From positions 65,080-129,079 of the forward strand of contig CAIRUC010000025.1 in assembly GCA_903881665.1 (NCBI GenBank): DNA of 64,000 bases. Reading direction: 5' to 3'. Positions 10,924-20,889 of the stretch are shown piece after piece. Source of the stretch: an uncultured Bacteroidota bacterium (GTDB taxonomy: Bacteria > Bacteroidota > Bacteroidia > AKYH767-A > OLB10). Position 1 is the stretch's first letter. Each line of letters opens with the position of its first letter. A model generated the notes under the pieces. That model was given only the letters and a program-made list of their open reading frames with translations, was not told the DNA's origin and ran no database searches. Both the position numbers and the translations under genes were made by a program.

Positions 10924-10953
10924 CTCCCACTTTGTACCACTTTCTCCCACTTT
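10924..10953 (-). promoter_or_regulatory. predicted MraZ operator: three head-to-tail 10-bp direct repeats
   Basis: The plus strand reads CTCCCACTTT GTACCACTTT CTCCCACTTT. On the mraZ coding strand this is AAAGTGGGAG AAAGTGGTAC AAAGTGGGAG. The array lies 65-95 nt upstream of the mraZ ATG and matches the known GTGG[G/T] repeat with 10-bp phasing. Confidence 0.75.
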
Positions 10954-11389
10954 GTTCAAAACTTTTCTGCCAACAGGGATTTCCGACCCACAAATATTCT
11001 ACACTCACTAGCCACTAAGCCGGGCAATTAGAGAGAACAAATCTAGCCGCTATAGACCTCTTATTTACTTGTATTATAGTTAATTAAGAACCAATAAAGG
11101 TTAATAAATTGGCGATTCCAGAACGCCTTAGAAACAATTATCAATCCTCACTTTTTCATAAAAATTAGGCTCAAACAATTTTTTGGTACATATAAAAAGA
11201 AAAAAATAGCCCACTTATGCATACGATTGTATATCAATATTATACCAAATTACTGATGGGAAACACTCAAAAAACGATCTCCCACTTTATCACACCAAAA
11301 AATCAGAATTATCAAAAAACATCCTCAATTTTAAGATCAATAATGTAAAATGGCCGTTAATACTTCCGAAGTACTTATTTTTACCGAGT

Positions 11390-12241
11390 ATGAAAACAAT
11401 GCAAGAAAAGAAGTTTATTGATATTGAAGCGGTAATAAATAGTAAAAACCCTACGCTATTAAAAATTTTGCCAGGTTTCATTTTATCCTACATCAAGCGA
11501 ATAGCGCATGAAGTTTACATCAACGAATTTATAAATAAGCACGGACACAAAACATCATTCGATTTTGTAGATGCAATTATAAGTGAGTTTAAACCAATAG
11601 TTACCTTCAGCGGACTAGAAAACATTCCTGAAAGCGGAGGAGGAATACTTGCCGCAAATCATCCATTAGGCGGAATTGATGCAATGGCCTTTCTTCAATC
11701 AGTAGGAAAGAAACGACGTGATATAAAGTTTATAGTAAACGACGTACTATTAAATATCAAGAATTTTGAGAAGGAATTTATTGGCGTAAATAAGCATGGG
11801 AAAAACAGCACTAAAACACTCGACTTAATCGACTCTTATTATAATTCAGATCAATTATTATTAATATTTCCGGCGGGACTTGTATCTCGAAAACAAGAAA
11901 AAGGAATTATAAAAGATCTAGAATGGAAAAAAAGTTTCATCGTTAAAGCCAAGAAATTCAAGAAAGAAATAATACCTGTTCATATTTCCGGAAACAATTC
12001 TAATTTCTTTTATAATCTTGCCAAAATTCGCCAAAAATTACGAATAAAAGCTAACATTGAAATGTTTTACTTGATGAATGAAATGTATCATCAAAAGGAT
12101 AAAAAAATTCATATCACATTCGGCAAACCAATTAGTTATACTGTATTTACAGACAAGTATACTGATCAAGAATGGGCACAAAAAATGAAATCTCATATTT
12201 ACACTCTCGCAGACGGAAAACACTCAGAAGATTTTCAATAA
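11390..12241 (+). CDS. lysophospholipid/PlsC-family O-acyltransferase (GlsA/OlsA-like)
   Basis: 283 aa with the HX4D acyltransferase motif NHPLGGID and a later FPAGLVSR block. It is immediately followed by an N-acyltransferase gene. Confidence 0.7.
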   Translation: MKTMQEKKFIDIEAVINSKNPTLLKILPGFILSYIKRIAHEVYINEFINKHGHKTSFDFVDAIISEFKPIVTFSGLENIPESGGGILAANHPLGGIDAMAFLQSVGKKRRDIKFIVNDVLLNIKNFEKEFIGVNKHGKNSTKTLDLIDSYYNSDQLLLIFPAGLVSRKQEKGIIKDLEWKKSFIVKAKKFKKEIIPVHISGNNSNFFYNLAKIRQKLRIKANIEMFYLMNEMYHQKDKKIHITFGKPISYTVFTDKYTDQEWAQKMKSHIYTLADGKHSEDFQ

Positions 12242-12331
12242 GCTGATATTTATCGTTTAAATACCTTACTTCTATTTTTAGATTATCTTTGAAAAAAACA
12301 GCATTTATAATAGCGCAAAAGCTTTGCAAAT

Positions 12332-13264
12332 ATGAAACCAGTAATTGATCCTATCTCGACCCAATTGATCGAAAGCGAATTAACTGCTGATCGTTTTTTA
12401 CGTACAACAAACAATGGCTCAAATAAATTATACATCATTAATTTTCATAATGCGCCTCATACAGTAAGAGAAATTGGTCGCTTGCGCGAAGTCACTTTCA
12501 GAGAGGCCGGAGGTGGTACAGGCCTCGACTGTGACCTCGACGAATTCGACACAAACGAAAAATGCTATGAGCAACTAATTGTGTGGAATCCTGAAGAAAA
12601 AGAGATTGTTGGTGGTTATCGTTTTATTTGCTGTAATGAAGCTGGGAAAGATATCAATGGAAGATATTTATTAGCAACTTCTGAATTATTTAATTTTTCC
12701 GACAAATTTATTAGCGAATATTTACCATATACAATTGAATTAGGACGTTCATTTGTTCAACCCAATTTTCAACCTCGTCCGGAAAACCGAAAAGGTCTTT
12801 TTTCGCTCGACAATTTATGGGATGGCTTAGGAGCTATTCATGTTGACTACCCGAATATTCGTTATTTCTTTGGCAAAGTGACAATGTACAACCATTTCAA
12901 CGCCGAAGCAAGAGATATGATTTTGCACTTTATGCAACATTATTTCAATGATCCAGACAAGTTAGTTACGCCTATTCATTCGCTTCAAATTACTCATGAC
13001 ATGGCCGCCTTTGAGAATGAAATTTCTACTCTTGATTATAAAGAAGGGCATCGCATACTAAATCAACAAGTACGCTCGCTTGGCGAAAATATTCCTCCAT
13101 TAGTAAACGCATATATGAACCTTTCTCCTTCTATGCGCTCGTTTGGCACTGCTCTAAATGATCATTTTGGAGAAGTGGAAGAAACAGGAATCTTAGTTGA
13201 ATTAAAAGACATTTACGATGCTAAAAAAGAGCGTCATATTAAAACCTACCAAAAAGGAGTTTAA
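12332..13264 (+). CDS. GNAT-fold N-acyl amino acid synthase (GlsB/OlsB-like, 'hemolysin-like')
   Basis: 310 aa. The N-terminal region (REIGRLREVTFREAGGGTG) and the overall length resemble the Bacteroidota N-acyltransferases that make glycine or ornithine lipids. It is paired with the O-acyltransferase gene. Confidence 0.65.
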   Translation: MKPVIDPISTQLIESELTADRFLRTTNNGSNKLYIINFHNAPHTVREIGRLREVTFREAGGGTGLDCDLDEFDTNEKCYEQLIVWNPEEKEIVGGYRFICCNEAGKDINGRYLLATSELFNFSDKFISEYLPYTIELGRSFVQPNFQPRPENRKGLFSLDNLWDGLGAIHVDYPNIRYFFGKVTMYNHFNAEARDMILHFMQHYFNDPDKLVTPIHSLQITHDMAAFENEISTLDYKEGHRILNQQVRSLGENIPPLVNAYMNLSPSMRSFGTALNDHFGEVEETGILVELKDIYDAKKERHIKTYQKGV

Positions 13265-13275
13265 CTCCGTCAATC

Positions 13276-13869
13276 ATGAACGCCACTTTTGTTAAAAGTT
13301 CAGCTAAACTCGATCAGCTTCCTCCCGTAAACAAACCCGAATTCGCATTTATCGGCAGAAGTAACGTAGGCAAATCTTCACTCATCAACATGTTAACGTC
13401 AATTAAAGGATTGGCGAAAACATCGGGCAGTCCAGGTAAAACTCAAACCTTTAATCATTTTATTATCGACAATAGTTGGTATCTCGTCGATTTACCCGGA
13501 TATGGATTTGCAAAAGTATCGCAATCGACTCGCAGCGAATGGGATGGATTAATGAAAAAATACCTGACTACGCGCGAAAATTTAATGAATGCTTTCGTAT
13601 TAATAGACCTCCGCTTAGAGCCGCAGAAAAACGATCTCGACTTCATAACTTTCTTGGGCGAAAACGGTGTTCCTTTCTCTATTGTATTTACAAAATCCGA
13701 CAAACTCACGCCAAATCAGGTGAGAATGCATACCGAAATCTACAAGAATAAACTACTAGAATTTTGGGAAGAATTACCTCCTGTTTTTATTACCTCCGCA
13801 GAGAAAAAACTTGGAAAAGAGGAAGTACTGAGTTATATCAAACAGTGCCTCCTCCTTTTTAATAATTAA
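13276..13869 (+). CDS. engB: ribosome-biogenesis GTPase YihA/YsxC (EngB)
   Basis: 197 aa with G1 GRSNVGKSSLIN, G3 DLPGYG and G4 TKSDK. Confidence 0.9.
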   Translation: MNATFVKSSAKLDQLPPVNKPEFAFIGRSNVGKSSLINMLTSIKGLAKTSGSPGKTQTFNHFIIDNSWYLVDLPGYGFAKVSQSTRSEWDGLMKKYLTTRENLMNAFVLIDLRLEPQKNDLDFITFLGENGVPFSIVFTKSDKLTPNQVRMHTEIYKNKLLEFWEELPPVFITSAEKKLGKEEVLSYIKQCLLLFNN

Positions 13870-14217
13870 TTATTTTAAAACCTTGGCCATTTTCCCGAAT
13901 TTGGCAGCAAAGTCACGCATAGCTTTCGTAGTTGGCGCATCGTTGGTGGCTCTTTCATACGAATCGGCCATACTTGCTAACGTTTCATACATAAAAAATT
14001 GCATCTCTTCAACCGTCATTTCTGTTGTCCACAGATCAATACGCATGGTGCTTTTTTCGGGCTTATCCCACAAAGCCAGCATTATAGCTTTCGCCTCTTT
14101 TCTTCCATCTAAACCGGAATCTTCAGCAGACCAATCAATTGAAACCGGATGCTTGTCGGCGTTGAGCCCAACATTAACAGTGATATTTGACTGCTTTACT
14201 ACTTTATTATCTGACAT
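13870..14217 (-). CDS. gldC: gliding-motility-associated protein GldC-like
   Basis: 115 aa from the ATG at 14217 (the track start at 14235 is a TTG). The VNVGLNADKHPVSIDWSAEDSG...KAIMLALWDK...MRIDLWTTEMTVEEM pattern matches my recollection of the GldC family. Confidence 0.6.
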   Translation of the reverse strand: MSDNKVVKQSNITVNVGLNADKHPVSIDWSAEDSGLDGRKEAKAIMLALWDKPEKSTMRIDLWTTEMTVEEMQFFMYETLASMADSYERATNDAPTTKAMRDFAAKFGKMAKVLK

Positions 14218-14355
14218 ATTTCTGTTACCCCACAAGGGGCCTTTTTTAGATTTACTTCGGCAAAAATAAGGATTCCAACATATATGGCATTTCTGTAGCC
14301 CTTTTTGTAACAGAAAGGAATCAAATTCGTTACATTCGCATAGTTTATTTATGCT

Positions 14356-17300
14356 ATGTCATTAAACCGCTTTCAAAAACTATTAATCTGCTTAACGCTG
14401 CTGGTATCGCTCTTCAGCACCGAAGCCTTTGCTCAATTTACTAGAGGGTATCAAATGACTTTCGGTAAAAACAGAGTTCAGTACAATGATTTTCTATGGA
14501 CGTATTATCGATTTAGCAACTTCGATACCTACTATTATTTAGGAGGACAAGAACTAGCCCAATATACTGGCCGTATTGCCGACAAAGAAATTGCTGAAAT
14601 TGAACAGTTATTTGATTACCGCATAAACGGTAGATTTCAATTTATAATTTATAATAAACTAAGCGACTTCAAGCAAAGTAATCTTGGATTAGAAGGTGAA
14701 GAAGCCAATACTAACACTGGTGGCTTAACGAAAATAATCGGCAGCAAAGTGCTTATTTATTTTGACGGAGATTATCGCCATTTGCGTGAACAAATTAGAG
14801 CAGGAATTTCTCAAGTAATGATTAATCAGTTAATGTATGGCGGAAGTATTAAAGATCGCTTACAAAGTGCGGTACTACTTAACCTTCCAGATTGGTATAT
14901 TCAAGGATTAATTTCATTCGTTGCAAAAGGTTGGACGATTGAGGATGACAATAGAATGCGAGACGGAATAAATACAGGGCGTTATAAAAAATTTAATCGC
15001 CTTGCTGGCGATGAAGCTATTTTTGCAGGACAATCGTTGTGGAACTACATCATTGAAACCTATGGATCCTCGTCTGTATCAAATTTAATTTACATGACTC
15101 GCATCAACAGAAATATTGAAAGTGGGTTTGTATATGTAATAGGATCTCCATTAAAAGAACTTTCCAGAAACTGGCTCGACTACTATCAACGTAATTATCT
15201 AAACGAAGACTTATCCAGAACTACCCCTATGGGGAAACCTATAGTTACCGTTAAGAAAGCGAATCGTGTAGTAAGTCAAGTAAAAGTTAGTCCCGACGGC
15301 AACCAACTTGCTTACGTAGTAAACAACCTTGGCAAATACAAAGTATATCTATTCGATATAAGAACACATAAACGCACACGACTTTCAAAAGGTGGTTACA
15401 AATCCACCAATCAAAACATCGACAACACCTTCCCTGTATTAGCATGGCATCCAACTGGCCGATATGTAGCCGCCATAAAAGAAAAAAAAGGGAAAGTTTG
15501 GTTAGACTATTACACACCTGGCAAAAGAGTTAAAAGAGAAACAAATAAATTTTTCTACTTTGATAAGGTTCTTGACTTTTCATACTCATCTACAGGAAGT
15601 GAAATCGTTTTAACAGGAATTCAAAAAGGACAATCAGACATCTATACGTTTAACCCACGCACCAAAACGTACCTACAACTTACCAAAGATCGATGGGATG
15701 ATGCCAATGCGAAATTTGTTTTAAACGATCGCTATGTCATTTTTAATTCAACGAGAACTGAAGACTCAATTAAGCCAACAAGCTTTCGTCAAAAAGAAGT
15801 AGTAATAACGTCACCCACAAGCGATGTTTACCTTTACGACTATCAAAACAAATCTGAAAAATTAATTGGCATTACGGCAACACCGTTGATAAGTGAAACC
15901 ATGCCGATGATGGTTGACTCATCACATTTTTCTTACTTGAGTGATGAAAATGGAATCGTAAACCGATACATTGCCACTCTCGATAGCACAGTAGCATTTA
16001 TAGATACTACTATTCATTATCGTTATATTGTAAATGCTAAACCAGCAACCGACTACCAACGCAGCATTTTATCTCAGGATGTTAATACATTAAACACTCG
16101 GCTGGCCGAATTATACAAAAACAACAATCGCTTTGAACTTTATCTTAATCCGCTAAAGAATAATACAACAACAGAATTGTTACCGCTAAAGAAAACGATA
16201 TTGCGATTTAAGCTCGACAAAGCGCCACTACCACAAGTGAAACAAATAAAATCTACTCCGGCTTTCACTTTACCCGAACCAAATAAAAATAAATCGGCAG
16301 AAACGAAAGTTGTAGATTCTACAAAAATCGACATTAACAATTACTCATTTCAAACTGACTTTCCTAAAAGGAAAAATAAAAATCAGGAATCAGAAAAAAA
16401 ATTGGCACCTTCAGTTGCTGACACAACAAACAATAAATCGAATGGAGCAATAATTGACGCAACAGTAAAAAAAATAACAACTCCTGATAGTATTGCTTTT
16501 CAAATGCCTAAGCAACGCAACTATGAAATTGCATTTGCACCAGGATACCTTCTTACCCAACTCGATAATTCGCTATTAAACGAAACCTACCAATCTTATA
16601 CCGGCGGTGCGGTATACTTTGATCCCGGATTAAATGCACTATTTAAAATCGGCTTAAATGACTTAATGGATGATTACCGAATAATTGGTGGAATGCGTTT
16701 ATCTGGAAATCTCAACAGCAACGAATATTATGCAAGCTTTGAGAATCTCAAAAAAAGAGTGGATGAACAAATTAGCTTTTACCGTCAATCACGTGAAGAG
16801 GTGACCGAATTATCCTATTACAAAATCAATACACATGAATTAAAATATACAACGCGTTATCCATTTAGCGATTTAGCGAGCGTTAGAGGATCGATATCGT
16901 ACCGAAACGATAGAAGAGTAAATCTAAGTACTGATATTACTAATCTAATTGAAAAAAACAGTTCTCAAAACTGGGGAAGCGTTAAAGCTGAATATGTTTA
17001 TGACAACACCATTAACACAGGATTAAATCTTTACAATGGTTTGCGATTTAAATTATTTGCGGAGTATTACAATCAGGCAGAAGTATCAACAAAAAAACTC
17101 GCCGTAGTAGGTGCCGATTTTCGGTATTACTTAAAAATCCACCGACAACTAATTTGGGCTACTAGATTTGCTACAAGCACATCTTTTGGCAATAATAAAC
17201 TTGTTTACTACCTAGGATCAACCGATAACTCATTTGTCCCCAATAACAATTTCAACTACGATATACAAATTGATCAAGCTCAAAACTATGCATTTCAAGC

Positions 17301-17706
17301 GGTAGCTACTAATCTGAGGGGCTTCGTTCAAAACATTCGTAACGGAAATAGTTTTGCATTAATTAACAGTGAAATCAGATTCCCGATATTCCAATATTTG
17401 ATCAATAAGCCGATTCGCTCTGATTTATTCCGCAATTTCCAGATTATAGGATTCGGAGATATTGGTACTGCATGGACAGGCGCATCACCTTACAGTAAAA
17501 ACAATGCGCTTTTCAAAAAAGATTACAATGGAAATCCGATAAGTATTTCTGTTACTAAAAACGTAGAACCCATTGTTGGCGGATACGGATTTGGATTACG
17601 AACCCGACTACTCGGATACTTCATGCGTGCCGATTGGGCGTGGGGAGTTGATGATGGATCCGTTCAACCACGATTATTCTATTTCTCATTAGGACTTGAT
17701 TTCTGA
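14356..17706 (+). CDS. large outer-membrane protein: signal peptide, TolB/PD40-like beta-propeller region, low-complexity linker and Omp85-type C-terminal barrel
   Basis: 1116 aa with the signal peptide LLICLTLLVSLFSTEAFAQ. PD40-like repeats include VSPDGNQLAYVVNNLGKYKVYLFD and YSSTGSEIVLTGIQKGQSDIYTFN. The C-terminal third carries the Omp85 loop-6 motif (NLRGF), GFGDIGTAW, and a terminal GYGFGLRTRLLGYFMRADWAWG...LGLDF that parallels the bamA C-terminus in this window. Confidence 0.6.
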   Translation: MSLNRFQKLLICLTLLVSLFSTEAFAQFTRGYQMTFGKNRVQYNDFLWTYYRFSNFDTYYYLGGQELAQYTGRIADKEIAEIEQLFDYRINGRFQFIIYNKLSDFKQSNLGLEGEEANTNTGGLTKIIGSKVLIYFDGDYRHLREQIRAGISQVMINQLMYGGSIKDRLQSAVLLNLPDWYIQGLISFVAKGWTIEDDNRMRDGINTGRYKKFNRLAGDEAIFAGQSLWNYIIETYGSSSVSNLIYMTRINRNIESGFVYVIGSPLKELSRNWLDYYQRNYLNEDLSRTTPMGKPIVTVKKANRVVSQVKVSPDGNQLAYVVNNLGKYKVYLFDIRTHKRTRLSKGGYKSTNQNIDNTFPVLAWHPTGRYVAAIKEKKGKVWLDYYTPGKRVKRETNKFFYFDKVLDFSYSSTGSEIVLTGIQKGQSDIYTFNPRTKTYLQLTKDRWDDANAKFVLNDRYVIFNSTRTEDSIKPTSFRQKEVVITSPTSDVYLYDYQNKSEKLIGITATPLISETMPMMVDSSHFSYLSDENGIVNRYIATLDSTVAFIDTTIHYRYIVNAKPATDYQRSILSQDVNTLNTRLAELYKNNNRFELYLNPLKNNTTTELLPLKKTILRFKLDKAPLPQVKQIKSTPAFTLPEPNKNKSAETKVVDSTKIDINNYSFQTDFPKRKNKNQESEKKLAPSVADTTNNKSNGAIIDATVKKITTPDSIAFQMPKQRNYEIAFAPGYLLTQLDNSLLNETYQSYTGGAVYFDPGLNALFKIGLNDLMDDYRIIGGMRLSGNLNSNEYYASFENLKKRVDEQISFYRQSREEVTELSYYKINTHELKYTTRYPFSDLASVRGSISYRNDRRVNLSTDITNLIEKNSSQNWGSVKAEYVYDNTINTGLNLYNGLRFKLFAEYYNQAEVSTKKLAVVGADFRYYLKIHRQLIWATRFATSTSFGNNKLVYYLGSTDNSFVPNNNFNYDIQIDQAQNYAFQAVATNLRGFVQNIRNGNSFALINSEIRFPIFQYLINKPIRSDLFRNFQIIGFGDIGTAWTGASPYSKNNALFKKDYNGNPISISVTKNVEPIVGGYGFGLRTRLLGYFMRADWAWGVDDGSVQPRLFYFSLGLDF

Positions 17707-17717
17707 TATACTCAGTT

Positions 17718-18911
17718 ATGAACATTGCAGAACGCATCAAAAAACTTTCGGATATCCATCACCGTGATATAGTAGCAATACGACGTGATTTACACATGAA
17801 TCCTGAATTATCATTTCATGAATTCAAAACATCAGCTTACGTTGCGGCTCGTCTTAAAGAACTAAATATTCCATTCACTGAAAAAGTAGCAGGCACCGGA
17901 GTAGTAGGCTTGATACAAGGGAAAAATCCTTCTAAACGAGTAGTTGCGTTACGAGCCGACATGGATGCGCTTCCTATTTTTGAAACGAATAATGTAGATT
18001 ACAAATCACAGAACGAAGGCGTAATGCATGCTTGCGGACATGATGCACACACGGCATCTTTGTTAGGTGCGGCCAGAATATTAAATGAATTAAAATCAGA
18101 ATTCGAAGGATCTATTAAACTCATTTTTCAACCAGGAGAAGAAAAACTTCCGGGAGGAGCTTCCTTAATGATTAAAGAAGGCGTTTTAGAAAACCCAAAA
18201 CCAAATGCAATAATCGGCCAGCATGTTATGCCATTAATACCGAGCGGAAAAGTAGGATTCAGGAGCGGAATTTATATGGCTAGCACCGATGAATTATACC
18301 TTCGTGTTAAGGGGAAAGGCGGGCATGGTGCAATGCCTAATTTAAATATTGATCCGGTTTTAATTACAGCGCATTTGATTGTGGCTATGCAGCAAATTGT
18401 TAGCCGAGTCGCTAATCCTACCATGCCTAGCGTATTGTCTTTCGGGAAAGTAATTGCCAATGGAGCAACCAATGTAATTCCGAATGAAGTGTATATTGAA
18501 GGAACCTTTAGAACACTAAGCGAAGAATGGAGAAGTGAAGCGCATCAACATATGACAGATCTCGCTCATCAACTAGTTCAATCGATGGGCGGAACGTTAG
18601 AGTTTGAAATCAGAAAAGGATATCCTGCACTGGTTAACGACGAAATATTAACAGCGAAATCTAAAGCTAGAGCAATTAATTATTTAGGAAAAGAAAATGT
18701 ACTTGACCTCGATATTTGGATGGCGGCCGAGGACTTTGCCTTCTTCTCACAAAAAGCAAGTGCCTGTTTTTATCGATTAGGAACCCGCAATGAATCACGA
18801 GGAATTATAAGCAGTGTGCACACTCCTACATTTGATATTGAAGAAGAATCATTAAAGACAGGAATGGGACTAATGGCTTATTTGGCATTTAAAGAACTTG
18901 AAAATATTTAA
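17718..18911 (+). CDS. M20-family amidohydrolase (N-acyl-L-amino acid amidohydrolase-like)
   Basis: 397 aa with the metal-binding block MHACGHDAH and FQPGEE. Length and layout are typical of the M20D subfamily. Confidence 0.8.
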   Translation: MNIAERIKKLSDIHHRDIVAIRRDLHMNPELSFHEFKTSAYVAARLKELNIPFTEKVAGTGVVGLIQGKNPSKRVVALRADMDALPIFETNNVDYKSQNEGVMHACGHDAHTASLLGAARILNELKSEFEGSIKLIFQPGEEKLPGGASLMIKEGVLENPKPNAIIGQHVMPLIPSGKVGFRSGIYMASTDELYLRVKGKGGHGAMPNLNIDPVLITAHLIVAMQQIVSRVANPTMPSVLSFGKVIANGATNVIPNEVYIEGTFRTLSEEWRSEAHQHMTDLAHQLVQSMGGTLEFEIRKGYPALVNDEILTAKSKARAINYLGKENVLDLDIWMAAEDFAFFSQKASACFYRLGTRNESRGIISSVHTPTFDIEEESLKTGMGLMAYLAFKELENI

Positions 18912-19809
18912 GATTGGAAAAACTGAAAAAAGATTTTTGTTCATTCGTTAACGACGAAATTAACGCGTCACAAAAATCATTTATTGTTTCATATCGATTT
19001 TTCACCGCTTGTTGAAGTTGAAATTGCAAATCCTCTAAATCTAAATTCGAAGGAGGGCTTTTAAACGGATATCTACTACTCGCTTTTCGCAAAACACTCA
19101 ACGTTGCATCGCTAATTCCTCTTTCTGATGGCAATGATTGCATTAGCATTAAGTGCATAAGTAATTCAGGATTAAAATGCTTAAACGGGATCACCCCTGT
19201 CAATATTTCATACATCGTAATCGCGAATGAATATTGATCTGCGGCAAAGCCTGTTAGCCCATACTGTTTTAATATTAATTCGGGCGGAGAATACAACAAT
19301 GAAAATCCATTTTGAGAAGGAATAGTACCAGCTTTTCGCATCATTGCAAGATCAATAATGCGAATTGGCGCATCTTGTTCTGGCAAATCACCACCATATT
19401 CGAGAATGATATTATGAGGACGAATATCTCCATGAATTAATTCTGACGAATGCAAGGCGGTTAATGCTTCTCCTGTTTTTTGAATGATGTTGATACGTAA
19501 ATTTTTATTCGATTTCTTTCGCAAAAATCCAGACTTACTTAATACATATAAACTTTCACCATTGATAAAAGGACGAATCAAATAATGTTCATTTCGGGAA
19601 ATACATTGATCCGAATAAGCGACGAAAGCCGTGTGGTTAAATTGAAGAAGAAATTCATTCTTGTCAGCATGCAACTTCTTTATGAGTAATTTTTTACCAC
19701 TCTCATCACATCCAACATAAACAGTACTATACTTGCCTTTTCTTATAAACGAAATTTCCGAATCAAAAGAATAATCACCTTTCGATCCGGAAATCTTTAT
19801 AATTGACAT
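18889..19809 (-). CDS. stand-alone Hanks-type protein kinase-like protein with non-canonical motifs
   Basis: 306 aa. It has LLIKKL at the VAIK Lys position, the catalytic loop LIHGDIRPHNIIL, IIDLAM at the DFG position and YSPPE at the APE position. There is no TM or sensor domain. Its 3' end overlaps the M20 gene convergently by 23 nt. Confidence 0.6.
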   Translation of the reverse strand: MSIIKISGSKGDYSFDSEISFIRKGKYSTVYVGCDESGKKLLIKKLHADKNEFLLQFNHTAFVAYSDQCISRNEHYLIRPFINGESLYVLSKSGFLRKKSNKNLRINIIQKTGEALTALHSSELIHGDIRPHNIILEYGGDLPEQDAPIRIIDLAMMRKAGTIPSQNGFSLLYSPPELILKQYGLTGFAADQYSFAITMYEILTGVIPFKHFNPELLMHLMLMQSLPSERGISDATLSVLRKASSRYPFKSPPSNLDLEDLQFQLQQAVKNRYETINDFCDALISSLTNEQKSFFSFSNLKYFQVL

Positions 19810-19813
19810 GAAA

Positions 19814-20854
19814 TTAATTAGCTTTTTGTGCAGAATAAACTCGCATCATCTCTTCTGCCTTCTTCACCATATTTACCGATCCAATATACAGAGGAGTACG
19901 TTGGTGGAGGGCATTTGGTTGTAAATCGAGAATTCGGTTAAATCCGTCGCTAGCCTTACCTCCTGCCTGCTCAGCAATAAAAGCCAAAGGATTACATTCG
20001 TACAACAAACGTAATTTACCATTTGGAGATTTATGCGTTGAAGGATAAATATAAATACCGCCTTTAATTAAATTACGATGAAAATCAGCAACCAATGACC
20101 CAATATATCGCGATGAATAGGGGCGACTTGTAGCCTCATCAATCTCTTGACAATATTTTACATATTTTTTTACACCATCAGGAAAGTGCAAGTGATTACC
20201 TTCGTTTATACTATACAAAACGCCATCCGTCGGCATCATCATATCAGGATGAGATAAACAGAATTCACCAATAGAAGGGTCTAAAGTAAAACCGTTAACC
20301 CCTTTCCCTGTTGTATACACTAACATTGTACTAGATCCATAAATCACATAACCAGCCGCTACCTGTTCCGCGCCTTTCTGCATGAAATCTTCAATAGTAG
20401 TTGGCCCTGTTAAATGCTCTGGTCGACGATAAATAGAGAAAATCGTTCCGATACTTACATTCACATCAATGTTTGAAGAACCATCCAAAGGATCGATACA
20501 AACAACATATTTTGCATCTTTCGAAACTGCACTTTCAACATCAATTAAATCTTCGTTTTCTTCGGAGGCAATGGCCAAACATTCTCCACCTGAACGAAGC
20601 GCATTAATAAACTGCTCATTCGCATAAACATCAAGCTTTTTTTGATCTTCTCCTTGCACATTCGTCTCGCCCATATCACCTAAAATATCAGCAAGGCCTG
20701 CCTTATTAACCTCACGATTCACCAATTTGGAAGCAATTCCAATATCTCGTAATAATCGACTAAGTTCCCCTTTCGCAAAAGGAAAATCTGTCTGGCGTTC
20801 AATAATAAACTGGCCAAGAGTAATAAAACGTAGAAGTGGTTTATTAGTAAACAT
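19814..20854 (-). CDS. fbp: class I fructose-1,6-bisphosphatase
   Basis: 346 aa with FBPase motifs [10 protein letters not shown] and [14 protein letters not shown]. Confidence 0.92.
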   Translation of the reverse strand: MFTNKPLLRFITLGQFIIERQTDFPFAKGELSRLLRDIGIASKLVNREVNKAGLADILGDMGETNVQGEDQKKLDVYANEQFINALRSGGECLAIASEENEDLIDVESAVSKDAKYVVCIDPLDGSSNIDVNVSIGTIFSIYRRPEHLTGPTTIEDFMQKGAEQVAAGYVIYGSSTMLVYTTGKGVNGFTLDPSIGEFCLSHPDMMMPTDGVLYSINEGNHLHFPDGVKKYVKYCQEIDEATSRPYSSRYIGSLVADFHRNLIKGGIYIYPSTHKSPNGKLRLLYECNPLAFIAEQAGGKASDGFNRILDLQPNALHQRTPLYIGSVNMVKKAEEMMRVYSAQKAN

Positions 20855-20889
20855 GTAGGTTAAGTTTGAGGTAAAGATACGCTAATTCA

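Noticed and set aside
10860-10940. Longer mraZ (185 aa, GTG start at 10940).
   Set aside because: The extra 27 codons are hydrophobic or atypical for MraZ and overlap the three operator repeats. The ATG at 10859 gives a canonical ~158-aa MraZ.
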